Notes: a model not told the origin generated them from the sequence alone. A DNA stretch of 64,000 nucleotides from Candidatus Saccharimonadales bacterium (GCA_038317055.1 JBBQBA010000001.1:216153-280152), one strand, 5' to 3'. Shown: positions 45,911 through 56,431, counted from the stretch's first letter. Numbers and translations: made by a program.

Positions 45911-47776
45911 CTAGTAGAGCTCAGCAGCTTTTGGCATAACTGAATCTTTTAAGATTACAAGTACCTCTTCTGCTTCGATTGTTTCTTTCTCTAATAGCTT
46001 CTCTTTTAGTTTTTCTAGCTTGGCACGGTTATGTTTTAATACTGCGGTTGCTCGATTTGTTGCTTGGGTAATTAGACTTTCAACTTCATCATCAATTAAT
46101 TTTGCGGTCTCGTCAGAATAGTCACGATCATGAACTAACTTATCCATCATCATACCTTCATCAGTGTGAAACACCTGATCTCTTAACTTATTGCCCATTC
46201 CTTGATTTATAATCATATCTCTTGCAAGCTCAGCAGCTTTTTGTAGATCATTGCCAGCGCCAGTAGTTACTCTGTCTCTTCCGTAGACAACTTCTTCAGC
46301 AATTCTTCCGCCGACCATTCTGGCAAGAATGTCTTTGTATTCAATAATACTGTGATAACTTTTATCATCTGGTGGTATAAACCATGTTACTCCGCCAGTA
46401 CCTCCACGAGGTATGATTGTAACTTTATGGACCATGTCACTATCAGGAAGAACATGACCAACTATTGCATGACCTGCTTCGTGGTAGGCAGTTAGTTCTT
46501 TTTCTTTGTCACTCATGATCTTACTCTTACGTTCAGGACCAATTGCAACTTTTTCGAAGGCGTTAGTTACATCATCTTGAGATATTTCAGTATGATTTTG
46601 CCTGGCAGCAATAATGGCTGCTTCGTTAGCTATGTTAGCTAGATCAGCACCTGAAGATCCTGCTGATTTGGCAGCAAGTGAATTTATATCAACATTTTTA
46701 TGAACTGGCTTTTTAGCAAAATGTACTTTTAGAATTGCTTCTCGATCTTTTCGATCTGGCAAATCAATGTTTACACGACGATCAAATCGTCCGGGTCTTA
46801 GTAGCGCAGGATCAAGAACATCTGATCGGTTAGTCGCAGCCAGTACTATTACATTAGTACCTTGTTCAAAACCATCCATCTCAACCAAGATTTGATTAAG
46901 GGTTTGTTCACGCTCATCATGTCCACCGCCCATTCCGCTACCTCGACGGCGTCCAACTGCGTCAATTTCATCAATAAAGATAATACATGGTGAATTTTTC
47001 TTAGCTTTAGCAAATAAGTCCCTAACTCTACTTGCACCAACACCAACAAACATTTCTACAAATTCTGAACCTGAAATACTGAAAAATGGAACGTTAGCTT
47101 CACCAGCAACTGCTCGAGCAAGTAAGGTTTTACCGGTTCCTGGAGGTCCAATTAATAGAACTCCCTTCGGAATTCTAGCTCCAACTGCTTCAAACTTTTT
47201 AGGATAGCGAAGGAACTCTACAATCTCTTGCAGATCTTGTTTTGCTTCTAAACTACCTGCAACACTACCGAAATTAACTTTATCTTTTTCATTACCATAT
47301 AACCTTGCTCGGCTTTTGCCGAAACTCATTGCTTGATTTCCCTGACCCTGGGCACTACGAAGCATGAAAAATAGAAGACCACTAATTATTATTATTGGCA
47401 GGATAGTAATACCAATGTTTGTCAGAGTAGATGTAGTACTAGACTGAGGCTTGTATGAAAGTGAAACTTTATTTAACTGTAGACCATTGGTTTTAAGATC
47501 AGTGTTTATCGCCATATATGACTGTTGAGAAGGTTTAGAATCGCCCTTCTTTGTAATCTGTAGATTAGTGCCATTTACAAGTATTTTCGAGTAATCACCG
47601 TTGTTAGAGTCCTGAATTACTTGAGAAAACGGAACTGTCTGGAGATTAGTTGGTCGATTGTATGCAGCAACAACAATAAGAACCAGCAATACCATCAATG
47701 ATATAAAGCCAATATTTTTAAAACCACGCTGTTTTGGTGATTTACTTGGTGACGTCTTAAAAGGATTCCTGTCCAT
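45911..47776 (-). CDS. ftsH: ATP-dependent zinc metalloprotease FtsH
   Basis: [20 protein letters not shown], the SRH region, and the HEAGHA zinc site. Confidence 0.97.
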   Translation of the reverse strand: MDRNPFKTSPSKSPKQRGFKNIGFISLMVLLVLIVVAAYNRPTNLQTVPFSQVIQDSNNGDYSKILVNGTNLQITKKGDSKPSQQSYMAINTDLKTNGLQLNKVSLSYKPQSSTTSTLTNIGITILPIIIISGLLFFMLRSAQGQGNQAMSFGKSRARLYGNEKDKVNFGSVAGSLEAKQDLQEIVEFLRYPKKFEAVGARIPKGVLLIGPPGTGKTLLARAVAGEANVPFFSISGSEFVEMFVGVGASRVRDLFAKAKKNSPCIIFIDEIDAVGRRRGSGMGGGHDEREQTLNQILVEMDGFEQGTNVIVLAATNRSDVLDPALLRPGRFDRRVNIDLPDRKDREAILKVHFAKKPVHKNVDINSLAAKSAGSSGADLANIANEAAIIAARQNHTEISQDDVTNAFEKVAIGPERKSKIMSDKEKELTAYHEAGHAIVGHVLPDSDMVHKVTIIPRGGTGGVTWFIPPDDKSYHSIIEYKDILARMVGGRIAEEVVYGRDRVTTGAGNDLQKAAELARDMIINQGMGNKLRDQVFHTDEGMMMDKLVHDRDYSDETAKLIDDEVESLITQATNRATAVLKHNRAKLEKLKEKLLEKETIEAEEVLVILKDSVMPKAAELY

Positions 47777-47812
47777 ATGCCTGGGAATTATAACTATTTT
47801 TTGTCTGTAATG

Positions 47813-48709
47813 CTAGCATTCACGGTTGATGAGTGCCAAGCTATCTTTATTTATCTCTAGATAGTAAGCATGACTAATATCGACTCTTTGCTTAGGTTTT
47901 AGTGTTTTAGCACCTATTGTTAATATCTCTAACAGCTTAGAATCAAAATCTCTAATATCATTTTGGCGTAGCCAGGAAGCCATAATTTCTTTAGCAACTG
48001 AGTGCGGCAATATTATAAAAGCATTGCGTTTCAATTTAGTACCGCGCGAATATGTATTAAGATAATCTGCTGCTTCACCATCAATAGAAGCATTAATAAC
48101 TGTACTTTTTTTAATAATGTCTATAAGATTCTGTCGCTGTTCAGCGTTTAATCTAGCTAATATCTTATGTCTTATATAGTTCCTGCGATAATTAATATCT
48201 TGATTAGTACTATCTTCGCGCCACTTAATACCAGAGTTTTTAGCATAGTCATATAAATCTGACTTGTTTATATGGGTAATTGGTCTAGATATAGTCTTTG
48301 TAGATTTAAGCGAACTCATACCTTTTCTGTTGGTTCCCCGAAGTAGATTAATTACGGCAGTTTCCAAGACGTCATCTTGATGATGTGCGGTTATTATTGC
48401 TTTGGCGTTTGTTGCAGCTTTTACAGTCTTCAAGAAATTATATCTAGCTTTTCTTGCTTCAGCTTCGCTAGCTCCCGCACCTAAATTTACTCTGTCATAT
48501 ACAAAAGGAATTCCGTATTTCTTAGCAGCCTTTTGTACTAGTAATCTATCTTCATTAGAATCGGGTCTAATTCCATGATCAAAATGAGCAATTATTAAAT
48601 TTACATTTGGTTTTTTTGACAATGAATCTAATAGCACCATCGAATCAACACCGCCCGAAACCGCAATGACGTAAGTCCCACTCGAAATATCTACATTAAG
48701 TTCGTTCAT
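47813..48709 (-). CDS. tilS: tRNA(Ile)-lysidine synthetase
   Basis: PP-loop AVSGGVDSMVLL and HFDHGIR, upstream of ftsH as in many bacteria. Confidence 0.9.
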   Translation of the reverse strand: MNELNVDISSGTYVIAVSGGVDSMVLLDSLSKKPNVNLIIAHFDHGIRPDSNEDRLLVQKAAKKYGIPFVYDRVNLGAGASEAEARKARYNFLKTVKAATNAKAIITAHHQDDVLETAVINLLRGTNRKGMSSLKSTKTISRPITHINKSDLYDYAKNSGIKWREDSTNQDINYRRNYIRHKILARLNAEQRQNLIDIIKKSTVINASIDGEAADYLNTYSRGTKLKRNAFIILPHSVAKEIMASWLRQNDIRDFDSKLLEILTIGAKTLKPKQRVDISHAYYLEINKDSLALINREC

Positions 48710-48746
48710 AAAAATATAATCCTGCCTCTAGTATACTTATATAAGT

Positions 48747-49259
48747 ATGAAGCGTCTTTATTTTATGCGGCATGGTTTATCCATCTATAATCAGAACGGC
48801 AAGTTCAGTGGGCGAATAGATTCACCTCTTACTGACGAAGGCAGAGATGATGTTAGAAAAAATGCAGAATCTTTAAAGGATTTGAATATAGATATTATTG
48901 TTGCGTCTCCGCTTAGTCGAGCTATTGAATCTGCACAAATAATTGCAGAAGTAATCGGATATCCCAAAAATAAGATATTAATTAATGATCTGTTCTCTGA
49001 GCGTGATTTTGGCGTACTTGAGGGTACCCCCTACACTCCACTTGCTGTTCATGATGAAGTTGAAGATATCGAAAGTGTTGAAGATTTAATTCACCGAGCC
49101 CAGAAAGGATTTGATTACCTTAATACCTTAAAGGGTGATGACATACTTCTTGTTAGTCATGGTTCGTTAGGTCGAGCTCTACGATATGTAATTTCTCAAG
49201 AACACCCCTTTGAGCATCCGGCTAGATTTAAAAATGCCGAAATAGTCACTTTAATATAA
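48747..49259 (+). CDS. histidine phosphatase (phosphoglycerate mutase) family protein
   Basis: RHGLS catalytic motif, SPLSRA, and a late SHG. Confidence 0.8.
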   Translation: MKRLYFMRHGLSIYNQNGKFSGRIDSPLTDEGRDDVRKNAESLKDLNIDIIVASPLSRAIESAQIIAEVIGYPKNKILINDLFSERDFGVLEGTPYTPLAVHDEVEDIESVEDLIHRAQKGFDYLNTLKGDDILLVSHGSLGRALRYVISQEHPFEHPARFKNAEIVTLI

Positions 49260-49322
49260 GAGAGATTTATTTAATAAACTAGTAAACTCTTGAGTGAGAT
49301 GGTATAAACTATTATCTAGTAT

Positions 49323-49399
49323 GGCGGCGTAGCTCAGCTGGTTAGAGCGCAGGACTCATAAGCCTGAGGTCATAGGTTCAAGTCCTATCGCCGCTACCA
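49323..49399 (+). tRNA. tRNA with CAT anticodon, elongator type (probably Met), CCA encoded
   Basis: Hand fold: acceptor GGCGGCG/CGCCGCT (G1-U72), anticodon loop CTCATAA, D loop AGCTGGTTA. Met versus Ile2 is not resolved. Confidence 0.88.
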
Positions 49400-49434
49400 T
49401 TGATTTAATCGGTCTTTTGTGTTAAAATATTTGA

Positions 49435-50811
49435 ATGTCAATGGAAAATGGAATAGCCGTTGAGCAACGAATAAGTCACGTTGAGGCTATAGTCGAGCAA
49501 TTCCCTGAAGTTGCAGGACTACAGGTTTACGAGTATTTCAGAAATAATGCTCAAGCCCAAAAAGATGAATTCATAGATAGAGATAAAGAACAATTAGATC
49601 TAGAGTATCCAGATTTAACTTACGATGCAGTTGCAAGTCTAAAAGATCCTATGTTGGAATCTTTAACTACACTGATGCAAAAAGGGAGCACCGATAAAAG
49701 TAAGGCGCTCTATTCTACTATTGAATATAGATATTCTGAGCTATTTATGATGGATTTATCTAAAGTAATGAATTCAAAAGAGACTAGAGAAGAAGATAGG
49801 GATGAAGCACGAATTTGGTTTAAATCCTCTAATGAAGGACTATATGGCAAGCCTGAAGCTAATATTTTTAGCGCATTGGCAAGAAAGAAAATCCTTTCTC
49901 TATTAAAAGCAAAAGAAGATGATGACCAATTAGTACAATCCATGAGAAGTGATTTAGATACTCTAATAGGGGAAGTAGAAGATACTGATTATGAAACTTT
50001 CACACCATCTGAGGAATTAGTATCACGTATTGGTACTTTAGTGCACGAAAGATTTAATCCGCTTGTTGACCATATCAATCCAGAAAAAGAATATACTGCT
50101 GTTGAAATCGCTGAAGTTTTACAAACTGCCGTAGATAAAATTGGTGCTGCAGAAATGGGTTGGCAAGTAAAAATAGTACCAAATTCAAGCGCAATGGCTG
50201 TTTCTGCTCATCAGAAACAGGTTGAAGTTGGCGAAAATCGTCCAAATATTAACGGATTAGAGTTGAGAGGTAAAATTATTCACGAAGTCGGTGTACATAC
50301 AGGGCGTTCAATAAACGCGGAGAGAGCTGGATGGTTATCGGCTGCATATGGATTAGACGGGTACCTAGATTTTGAAGAATCATTTGCGACCGCATTAGAA
50401 GATGCCTATAAAGATAAATTTAGTAACCATGGAGAAAACTATTATTTGGTTGCTGGTTTAGCATATGGATTAGATAATCACGAGCCAAGAAACTTTAGAG
50501 AAGTTTATGAAATTATGTGGAGAACCAACGTCCTTAGCAATAAAAAAGGCCTGAATGATGAAACCGTTAAAAAGGCACAGTCATCTGCATTTACAACTTG
50601 CCTAAGAATGTTTAGGGGAACAGATACGAGTCAACAGGGTATTGTATACCTAAAGGACTTGGCATATTTTAAGGGTCAAGAACTAGCTTGGGGATTTCTA
50701 AAGAATATCGAAGATCAAGAAGACTTTGACATAGCATTTACGGGCAAGCTTGATCCTACCCAACCCGATCATCTTGATATAGCCAAGAAAATACTCAAAA
50801 CTAAAAAATAA
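49435..50811 (+). CDS. DUF1704-type metallocarboxypeptidase-like protein
   Basis: IHEVGVHTGRS (HExxxH) followed by GLDGYLDFEESFATALE, which matches the HE..H/QEGLA-type arrangement of this family. Confidence 0.65.
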   Translation: MSMENGIAVEQRISHVEAIVEQFPEVAGLQVYEYFRNNAQAQKDEFIDRDKEQLDLEYPDLTYDAVASLKDPMLESLTTLMQKGSTDKSKALYSTIEYRYSELFMMDLSKVMNSKETREEDRDEARIWFKSSNEGLYGKPEANIFSALARKKILSLLKAKEDDDQLVQSMRSDLDTLIGEVEDTDYETFTPSEELVSRIGTLVHERFNPLVDHINPEKEYTAVEIAEVLQTAVDKIGAAEMGWQVKIVPNSSAMAVSAHQKQVEVGENRPNINGLELRGKIIHEVGVHTGRSINAERAGWLSAAYGLDGYLDFEESFATALEDAYKDKFSNHGENYYLVAGLAYGLDNHEPRNFREVYEIMWRTNVLSNKKGLNDETVKKAQSSAFTTCLRMFRGTDTSQQGIVYLKDLAYFKGQELAWGFLKNIEDQEDFDIAFTGKLDPTQPDHLDIAKKILKTKK

Positions 50812-51043
50812 TAAATTTAGATTCAGGTTCAATACCTAGCGCTTACTTTGTATAGCAAGGTCGACCTTAAAATTATTCGCTTAGGCCCACATGTTCATTA
50901 GATCTTGTTTGAGTTGGTTCCATTTCAATCTCAGCTGGTCTACCAATAGCATTTTCACTTCTGTTATTTAGTAGGCTTTTTATTGCTTATTATCTATCTT
51001 ACGATTATGCTTAAACTAATTACTTAAATACAGGACTCTCACG

Positions 51044-51793
51044 ATGTTAAAACAAAAAATTAATGACAGTGGCTTTAGTGCAGTCGAATTCATTATGATT
51101 TTAGTCATCATAGTTTTAATCGGAACGGTTGGATATCTGGTGTACAAGAACCATAACAAGACGACCACACCGACTACAACTACGTCTACAGCAAGTACCA
51201 CGCCCGCAAAGACAACTACACCCACAACTGTAGACCCTTATGCAGGCTGGAAAACAGCAACGCTACAGTACGAAAAAATTACTTATAAATATCCGCCAAA
51301 CTGGACAGTTACAGACAAGTCTGCAGCAGAACCTAAAAGTCAAAATGGTTGTACATATCCAGGACACGATTTAGTGACACTAAACAGCCCAACAGGAACA
51401 GAAGTTGCTTTTAATGCTGGCCAGGACTGTTTCGGTTATGGTGGTGATACTTCTTTTGGCTCAGTTCCTGTTAACGCACTTGGGCAAAGTCTGTTTCTAG
51501 CTTTTGTGAGTCCAAATGGGCCGTACACTCCAACAAGTCCAACTTCGGCCTGCTTAGCCCAAACAGCTAACCCAAATACGGAGTTTGATTTTAAGAGTAA
51601 AAACATCTTCTTAAATGGAACTGGAAGTGGTTCAGACCCCATAAATTCATTCTGTTATATTCCTTTCAATCTCAACAATCAAACTATCGATAGCAATGGT
51701 AAATCTTCTGCACCGACTTTTACAGTAGCTCAAATTGAAAACTCAGCAGACTACTCTACAGCTAAGTTGATATTCGAATCAATGCACTATTAA
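51044..51793 (+). CDS. pilin-like exported protein with a Thr-rich linker
   Basis: DSGFSAVEFIMILVIIVLIGTVGYLVY (Gly-Phe with Glu at +5), then KTTTPTTTTSTASTTPAKTTTPTT. Confidence 0.6.
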   Translation: MLKQKINDSGFSAVEFIMILVIIVLIGTVGYLVYKNHNKTTTPTTTTSTASTTPAKTTTPTTVDPYAGWKTATLQYEKITYKYPPNWTVTDKSAAEPKSQNGCTYPGHDLVTLNSPTGTEVAFNAGQDCFGYGGDTSFGSVPVNALGQSLFLAFVSPNGPYTPTSPTSACLAQTANPNTEFDFKSKNIFLNGTGSGSDPINSFCYIPFNLNNQTIDSNGKSSAPTFTVAQIENSADYSTAKLIFESMHY

Positions 51794-52080
51794 ACTTTTC
51801 TGTCTTTGCAAACAAGTCGTATCGCGGGCTTGGTTTTAACTGGTATCTTTTATGCAAGTGGTCCAATACTAACCGCTTACAACCCAACAGAGCTAAGTAA
51901 CTGCACTTCTTTAACTACTCGCCACATACTTATCAGTTCAGCTTTTATGTCGTACCATTTCGTCCATGACGGTGCTACCATAATTGACTATTCGATCAAA
52001 TTAGTAAGACTTTCATAAAGTGTTTTTGCTTTTGGGCTTTTAAGGCCCTATTATTAAGCTAGTTCTTAAAATCAAATACT

Positions 52081-53583
52081 ATGGTTAATGAATCTTCTCA
52101 ACAAAACGAACAAACAAATAATGGCGGTGCTGAACCTATTAACCAAACACCAGGTCCTGCACCTGCTTCGTCGAGTATAGGTGGTGGTATGAAGACAATT
52201 CAACCACTTGACCCTAATCTTAAGGTTGATACTACTCCCCTACAACCACCTGCTCAATCTTCTACTGCTAAACCACCACTAAGTCCAATAAATACTAGCG
52301 TAATGCCTGAAGTCTCTGGTACAGAACCACCCAAGCCTAATGCTAACTCTAGCTCAATATACCCCGATGCAACACTTGGCATGAATGCAACTACCGATCA
52401 ATCATCTAGTCATAACGACAATAATAAAGATATAGGCGAATCGTACAAGTTTAGGAATGGTTATTCAATCGGTGGATCAATTTTTTGGTTTCAGCTTCTA
52501 GTCGGAATTGTACTAAATATAATCTTCTTTGGAGTAATCACAGCAGCTATTAAATCTAATAGTGGATCTGTTGTACGAGTTGTGAGCATAATTTACTATT
52601 TAGTCGAGCTAATAATATTGATTTATATACCATATAAAACTTTGCTATCAAATCAGATAAAAAATACATTCTGGTTGACGCTTTTCGGTGCCGCTACGCA
52701 GTTAGTAATAATTGGCAGTTTTTTTGAATTAGTTGATTACTTAATAATTCGTTCAATTATTAACCACGGTGTATCATCTTCAATTACATATCTAGGCGGT
52801 AGTGGGAATAAAGCTACAGCGATTATAGTTTATATTTGTTTCTTTATCGCATTATATTTTCTTACAAAGTTGGTTTGGGGGATAGCTTTTTCAGTATTTG
52901 GGAAAATCAAAAATAAAGTAATGTTCAAGATAATCGGAGTTGTCATTATTGCTTTATTTGTAGGTGGTATTGCATATCATTACCTAAGTGTAAAGAGTAC
53001 TGAGAATAAAATTAAAATAGAATCGGGTCAAACTACTTATCAAAATAATAATAATAATTCTCCTAAAGGTTCGTTATCTGATCCTTCAGTTAATAGTTAT
53101 TCAAAGGTGGTAATAAAAGCACAAGATTTCAAGGTATCTTTAAATTTTGACCCTAATTATAGTGCAACTATTTATTATGCTCCCCCGATTGTAAATAAAA
53201 ATAAAACTTTTGGAGAATATGAAGAAGTTGCTATTAAAGGTAATGAATTAAATAATGTAGTTCCAATGACAATTATCATAGATAAAGTAAGTAAAAATAA
53301 TAGGTTAAATCTGATTGCAAGTAATGGTCGGACGGACCCAATTAGTTGTGTTGGAAATGGTACAAATTTCAAAAATCTTGATCCTGATCTATTATATATT
53401 GTGACTATTATGGGTCAAAAGACGGCAGTATGTACTAATCTTGAACAACAGAGTACAGCTAGAGAAGCATATATTTATAGCGATGGTTCTTGGTATTATC
53501 TTCAATTTACTAACACTACCGGGGTAACAGGTAACTATGCTAATTCAGTACAAAATATTATCAATTCTATAATGATTAGCTAG
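52081..53583 (+). CDS. membrane protein with a disordered Pro/Ser-rich N-terminus, function unknown
   Basis: 500-aa ORF with about 6 TM segments centrally and a soluble C-terminal domain. Confidence 0.6.
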   Translation: MVNESSQQNEQTNNGGAEPINQTPGPAPASSSIGGGMKTIQPLDPNLKVDTTPLQPPAQSSTAKPPLSPINTSVMPEVSGTEPPKPNANSSSIYPDATLGMNATTDQSSSHNDNNKDIGESYKFRNGYSIGGSIFWFQLLVGIVLNIIFFGVITAAIKSNSGSVVRVVSIIYYLVELIILIYIPYKTLLSNQIKNTFWLTLFGAATQLVIIGSFFELVDYLIIRSIINHGVSSSITYLGGSGNKATAIIVYICFFIALYFLTKLVWGIAFSVFGKIKNKVMFKIIGVVIIALFVGGIAYHYLSVKSTENKIKIESGQTTYQNNNNNSPKGSLSDPSVNSYSKVVIKAQDFKVSLNFDPNYSATIYYAPPIVNKNKTFGEYEEVAIKGNELNNVVPMTIIIDKVSKNNRLNLIASNGRTDPISCVGNGTNFKNLDPDLLYIVTIMGQKTAVCTNLEQQSTAREAYIYSDGSWYYLQFTNTTGVTGNYANSVQNIINSIMIS

Positions 53584-53750
53584 GTTTTTTAAAATACTCG
53601 CAAGGACATAATTGAAGTTTTCTTTATGCCCCATTTAACTATCTTCAAAATTTATCTGATCTCAAATGATTTGATTCCTTTTAGTTCGTATCAGTGTTAC
53701 ATATTGATATATTTGTAAAATAATAGTCTATAATTTATTCTTATCCTAGA

Positions 53751-54101
53751 ATGGAAGATAACAAACTTAATAATATACTGACACCAACAATTCCAGTTCA
53801 AACGATTCAGCCTCAACCAGTCCCAACTCCATTAAAAACAAACCAATCGAATGATATACCTAGTTGGCTTGCACCAGTAAATAGAACAAAAATGGCAATT
53901 GCTGCTGGATATTTAGGCATGTTCGCCATTTTAATATTCCCCGCTCCAATTTCAATGCTTGTTGGAATACTGGCTTTAGTAGGTTTAAAAAAGCATCAGG
54001 AAAAAATAGGCAAAGGGCGTGCTTGGTTTGGCACAATTATGGGTATATTGGGTACTGGTGTAATTATTTGGGCAATTATTGCCAATATTACCCATAAATA
54101 A
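53751..54101 (+). CDS. DUF4190-like small membrane protein
   Basis: Two TM segments: AIAAGYLGMFAILIFP...GILALVGLKK and GRAWFGTIMGILG. Confidence 0.6.
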   Translation: MEDNKLNNILTPTIPVQTIQPQPVPTPLKTNQSNDIPSWLAPVNRTKMAIAAGYLGMFAILIFPAPISMLVGILALVGLKKHQEKIGKGRAWFGTIMGILGTGVIIWAIIANITHK

Positions 54102-54334
54102 TTTTATAGCTTAGTTCAAGATAAAAATTATTATCTGATGTTACATATTATATTAGAATTTCAGTACTAGGTATAATTTGTGGACTTTTGAATTTATATC
54201 TTTTTAGGTTGCTTAGGTTTCTTAGTTTCTTTTTTACCCTTGTCTTTAGACATCCTTTTTTATTCCCTTCTATATTTTATTTAACTCAGTTACGTTTAAC
54301 TTCTCAACTCTAACATAGAAAGTAATACTACTCC

Positions 54335-55258
54335 CTAAATACTTAAAGTCTTAAGACTATTAGCATATAACTCTAACGTAGTTTTTGCATTGGGCTCTAT
54401 GTCAAGATGCTTAAGTGCCTCTTCTGGTAACGCCCAAATATAGTCTTGAGCTTCGTCATTTAGAACTACTTTTTTGTTCTTTACTTTGACTACATTATCT
54501 ACAAATATGTGTGATACTCCTACTTTGTAATAACCCGAATTTTTGATTTGATCGAATGTACATATATGATTTCCAACTTCACCATTAAGATTAGTCTCTT
54601 CTTTTACTTCACGCAGTAGTGCTTTGTGTAATCGCTCATTACGATTAACCTTTCCACCAATTATTGAGTAACGATTTGCCCATTTATGAGTTTTTACTAA
54701 TAATATTTCTTTTTGCTTACTACTGTTTTTGGGTTGATGTTCAATAATAGCACCTGTTGCTACTACTGATCCCGGAACCATTAGATCTTCCCATAATGCA
54801 TGTATATATTTTTCGTTACGTTTAATGCCCTGCAAAGGCAAAGAATTATAGGTCAGAATAAAATTAATTAATGAATCAATAGAAATAATTGAATTTCTAT
54901 GAATATATACTGGATGATCGGTTATTTTATTACTAAAAAAACATCTGGTATTTGTTAGTTGAGCAATCGCAAGTTCATATGATGCACTATTGCCGATATA
55001 TCCACCTGGATTTACGAAATAACTAAAACCATTTTCTCCTAGGCTTTTAAGTTTGTGTAAATAAATAAGTTCTACAAGTCGAGGATCCATACTTTGTTCA
55101 CCATCGTATAATCCAAAACCATCAATTTCATCAACTAGATCTCCTTGGGTAGGAGCAAGTACATCTATTCCAGCTGATTGAAAAATTTTAATGGCCTTTT
55201 GAATTTCGTCAAAATGTTTTGAGTAACTACCATGAATTACGCATCTAAAGTTCGTCAT
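54335..55258 (-). CDS. fusion protein: nucleoside 2-deoxyribosyltransferase-like N-domain + Nudix hydrolase C-domain
   Basis: The N-half has VIHGSYSKH and NPGGYIGNSASYELAIA (Rossmann-like NDT pattern). The C-half has the Nudix box GGKVNRNERLHKALLREVKEETNL. Confidence 0.65.
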   Translation of the reverse strand: MTNFRCVIHGSYSKHFDEIQKAIKIFQSAGIDVLAPTQGDLVDEIDGFGLYDGEQSMDPRLVELIYLHKLKSLGENGFSYFVNPGGYIGNSASYELAIAQLTNTRCFFSNKITDHPVYIHRNSIISIDSLINFILTYNSLPLQGIKRNEKYIHALWEDLMVPGSVVATGAIIEHQPKNSSKQKEILLVKTHKWANRYSIIGGKVNRNERLHKALLREVKEETNLNGEVGNHICTFDQIKNSGYYKVGVSHIFVDNVVKVKNKKVVLNDEAQDYIWALPEEALKHLDIEPNAKTTLELYANSLKTLSI

Positions 55259-55364
55259 AAGTTAATTATGTCACTAAGTATTTAACTAGCAAACATTAAT
55301 CATAAATTTTGTAATAAAAACTACTTGAAAACGGTTGTGTTTATCCTTATTTTCAGTAATACTT

Positions 55365-56177
55365 ATGAACATGGATAATCTATCTAAATCACCTACCAAC
55401 CCAAACAGTAATTCAGTTGATGGCTTTGCTAGACCAAGTGCACCCAGCACTCCAGCAATGAGCAGCCCAACCACAACACCAAATCCAGCAGCAAATAACA
55501 ATAGTCCAGTTACACAAGCTCCGCCAACTGCACCTACATCCAAGTCAACTGTTTCTGGAAGTATGAACAAGAAGTCTAAAATGTGGACTACTATATTAGT
55601 CATATTAATAGTCGTCATATTTGCTGGAGGAATTTACGGTGTATATATGTACCAACAAAAGAAAATTAATACAGCAAATGCAAGCATTGCTACATTAACT
55701 GTTGCTAATACTTCTTTAAAATCCCAACTCGCAAAAGCTAAAACGACTACTACCACTAGCGTAAGTATTAATGGACAATCTACTGCTACAGGATCTTCAA
55801 CAACACTAACTGTATTTAAAGTTCCTGAACTTGGAATTTCATTGGCACTTCCAGCTAATCTAGCTGATATAACTTATGTAGCAACAAGCACAAAAACTAC
55901 TGTCAATTTATCTTCTCAGAACTTAGCTGCAGCAGATCCTGCATGTACAGCTTCAGCTACAGTTGCGCCACTTGGTTCACTTACAAAAGTAACAGGTCAA
56001 TTTCCAACAACACCAAGCACTACCACCTCGTTGGTTAAGCAATATCCAACATACTACATTGCTTACATTAAAGCTGCTGCAGATTGTTCTAAAGTAGCTC
56101 AAGTTAATACGCTTGCAAGCTCTCTAGTTACTAGTCTAAAAGCATCATTCCCTAGTGTTCAAGTGATAACAACTTAA
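55365..56177 (+). CDS. membrane-anchored surface protein with Pro/Thr-rich segments
   Basis: ATG 55365 is preferred over the TTG at 55335. One TM (WTTILVILIVVIFAGGIYGVYMY) and Thr runs. Confidence 0.6.
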   Translation: MNMDNLSKSPTNPNSNSVDGFARPSAPSTPAMSSPTTTPNPAANNNSPVTQAPPTAPTSKSTVSGSMNKKSKMWTTILVILIVVIFAGGIYGVYMYQQKKINTANASIATLTVANTSLKSQLAKAKTTTTTSVSINGQSTATGSSTTLTVFKVPELGISLALPANLADITYVATSTKTTVNLSSQNLAAADPACTASATVAPLGSLTKVTGQFPTTPSTTTSLVKQYPTYYIAYIKAAADCSKVAQVNTLASSLVTSLKASFPSVQVITT

Positions 56178-56431
56178 TTTGACTAAGTTGCCACGGCTCA
56201 AAAACTACAGAAAATTATAGATCTCTTATGTAGTCGTCGATTTCAGTGATAATATCTGAATCGGTTGGTATTAGCTCGTAAGCTAGTTCAGGTTGCAATA
56301 ATTTTTTTAACATTTTTTGACCTTTTTTATTTTAAAGTTGATATATATTATTATACATATATTTGCTTTATTGTCAAGTTTGGTAATTACTTGACAGAGT
56401 AAACAGCCTTTTGCTATCCTATGTAAATTAC

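Noticed and set aside
50812-51043. 232-nt gap with short reverse-strand reading frames (for example a 23-codon MLLVDQLRLKWNQLKQDLMNMWA). Considered as a gene remnant or sRNA.
   Set aside because: I could find no convincing ORF, hairpin set or promoter/terminator pair.
51806-52018. 70-aa ORF between the pilin-like gene and the 500-aa membrane protein gene.
   Set aside because: It has a non-ATG start, no RBS and an unremarkable hydrophobic sequence. It is likely non-coding spacer.
54138-54164. dif-like sequence ATGTTACATATTATATTAGAATTTCAG between convergent genes.
   Set aside because: One arm matches the XerD-side consensus at about 8/11 positions, but the other arm is poor. In an AT-rich intergenic region this level of similarity is expected by chance.
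54194-54253. 19-codon Lys-rich ORF MSKDKGKKETKKPKQPKKI on the minus strand, with AAAGGA upstream.
   Set aside because: It is too short and low in complexity to support from sequence alone. It could be real, but there is no independent evidence.
56215-56313. 32-codon ORF MLKKLLQPELAYELIPTDSDIITEIDDYIRDL on the minus strand upstream of tRNA-fMet. Also the nearby inverted repeat TGTCAAGT-N9-ACTTGACA (56372-56396).
   Set aside because: There is no RBS or conservation evidence for the ORF. The inverted repeat overlaps a TTGACA that may just be the tRNA promoter -35 element. It is noted but not called.
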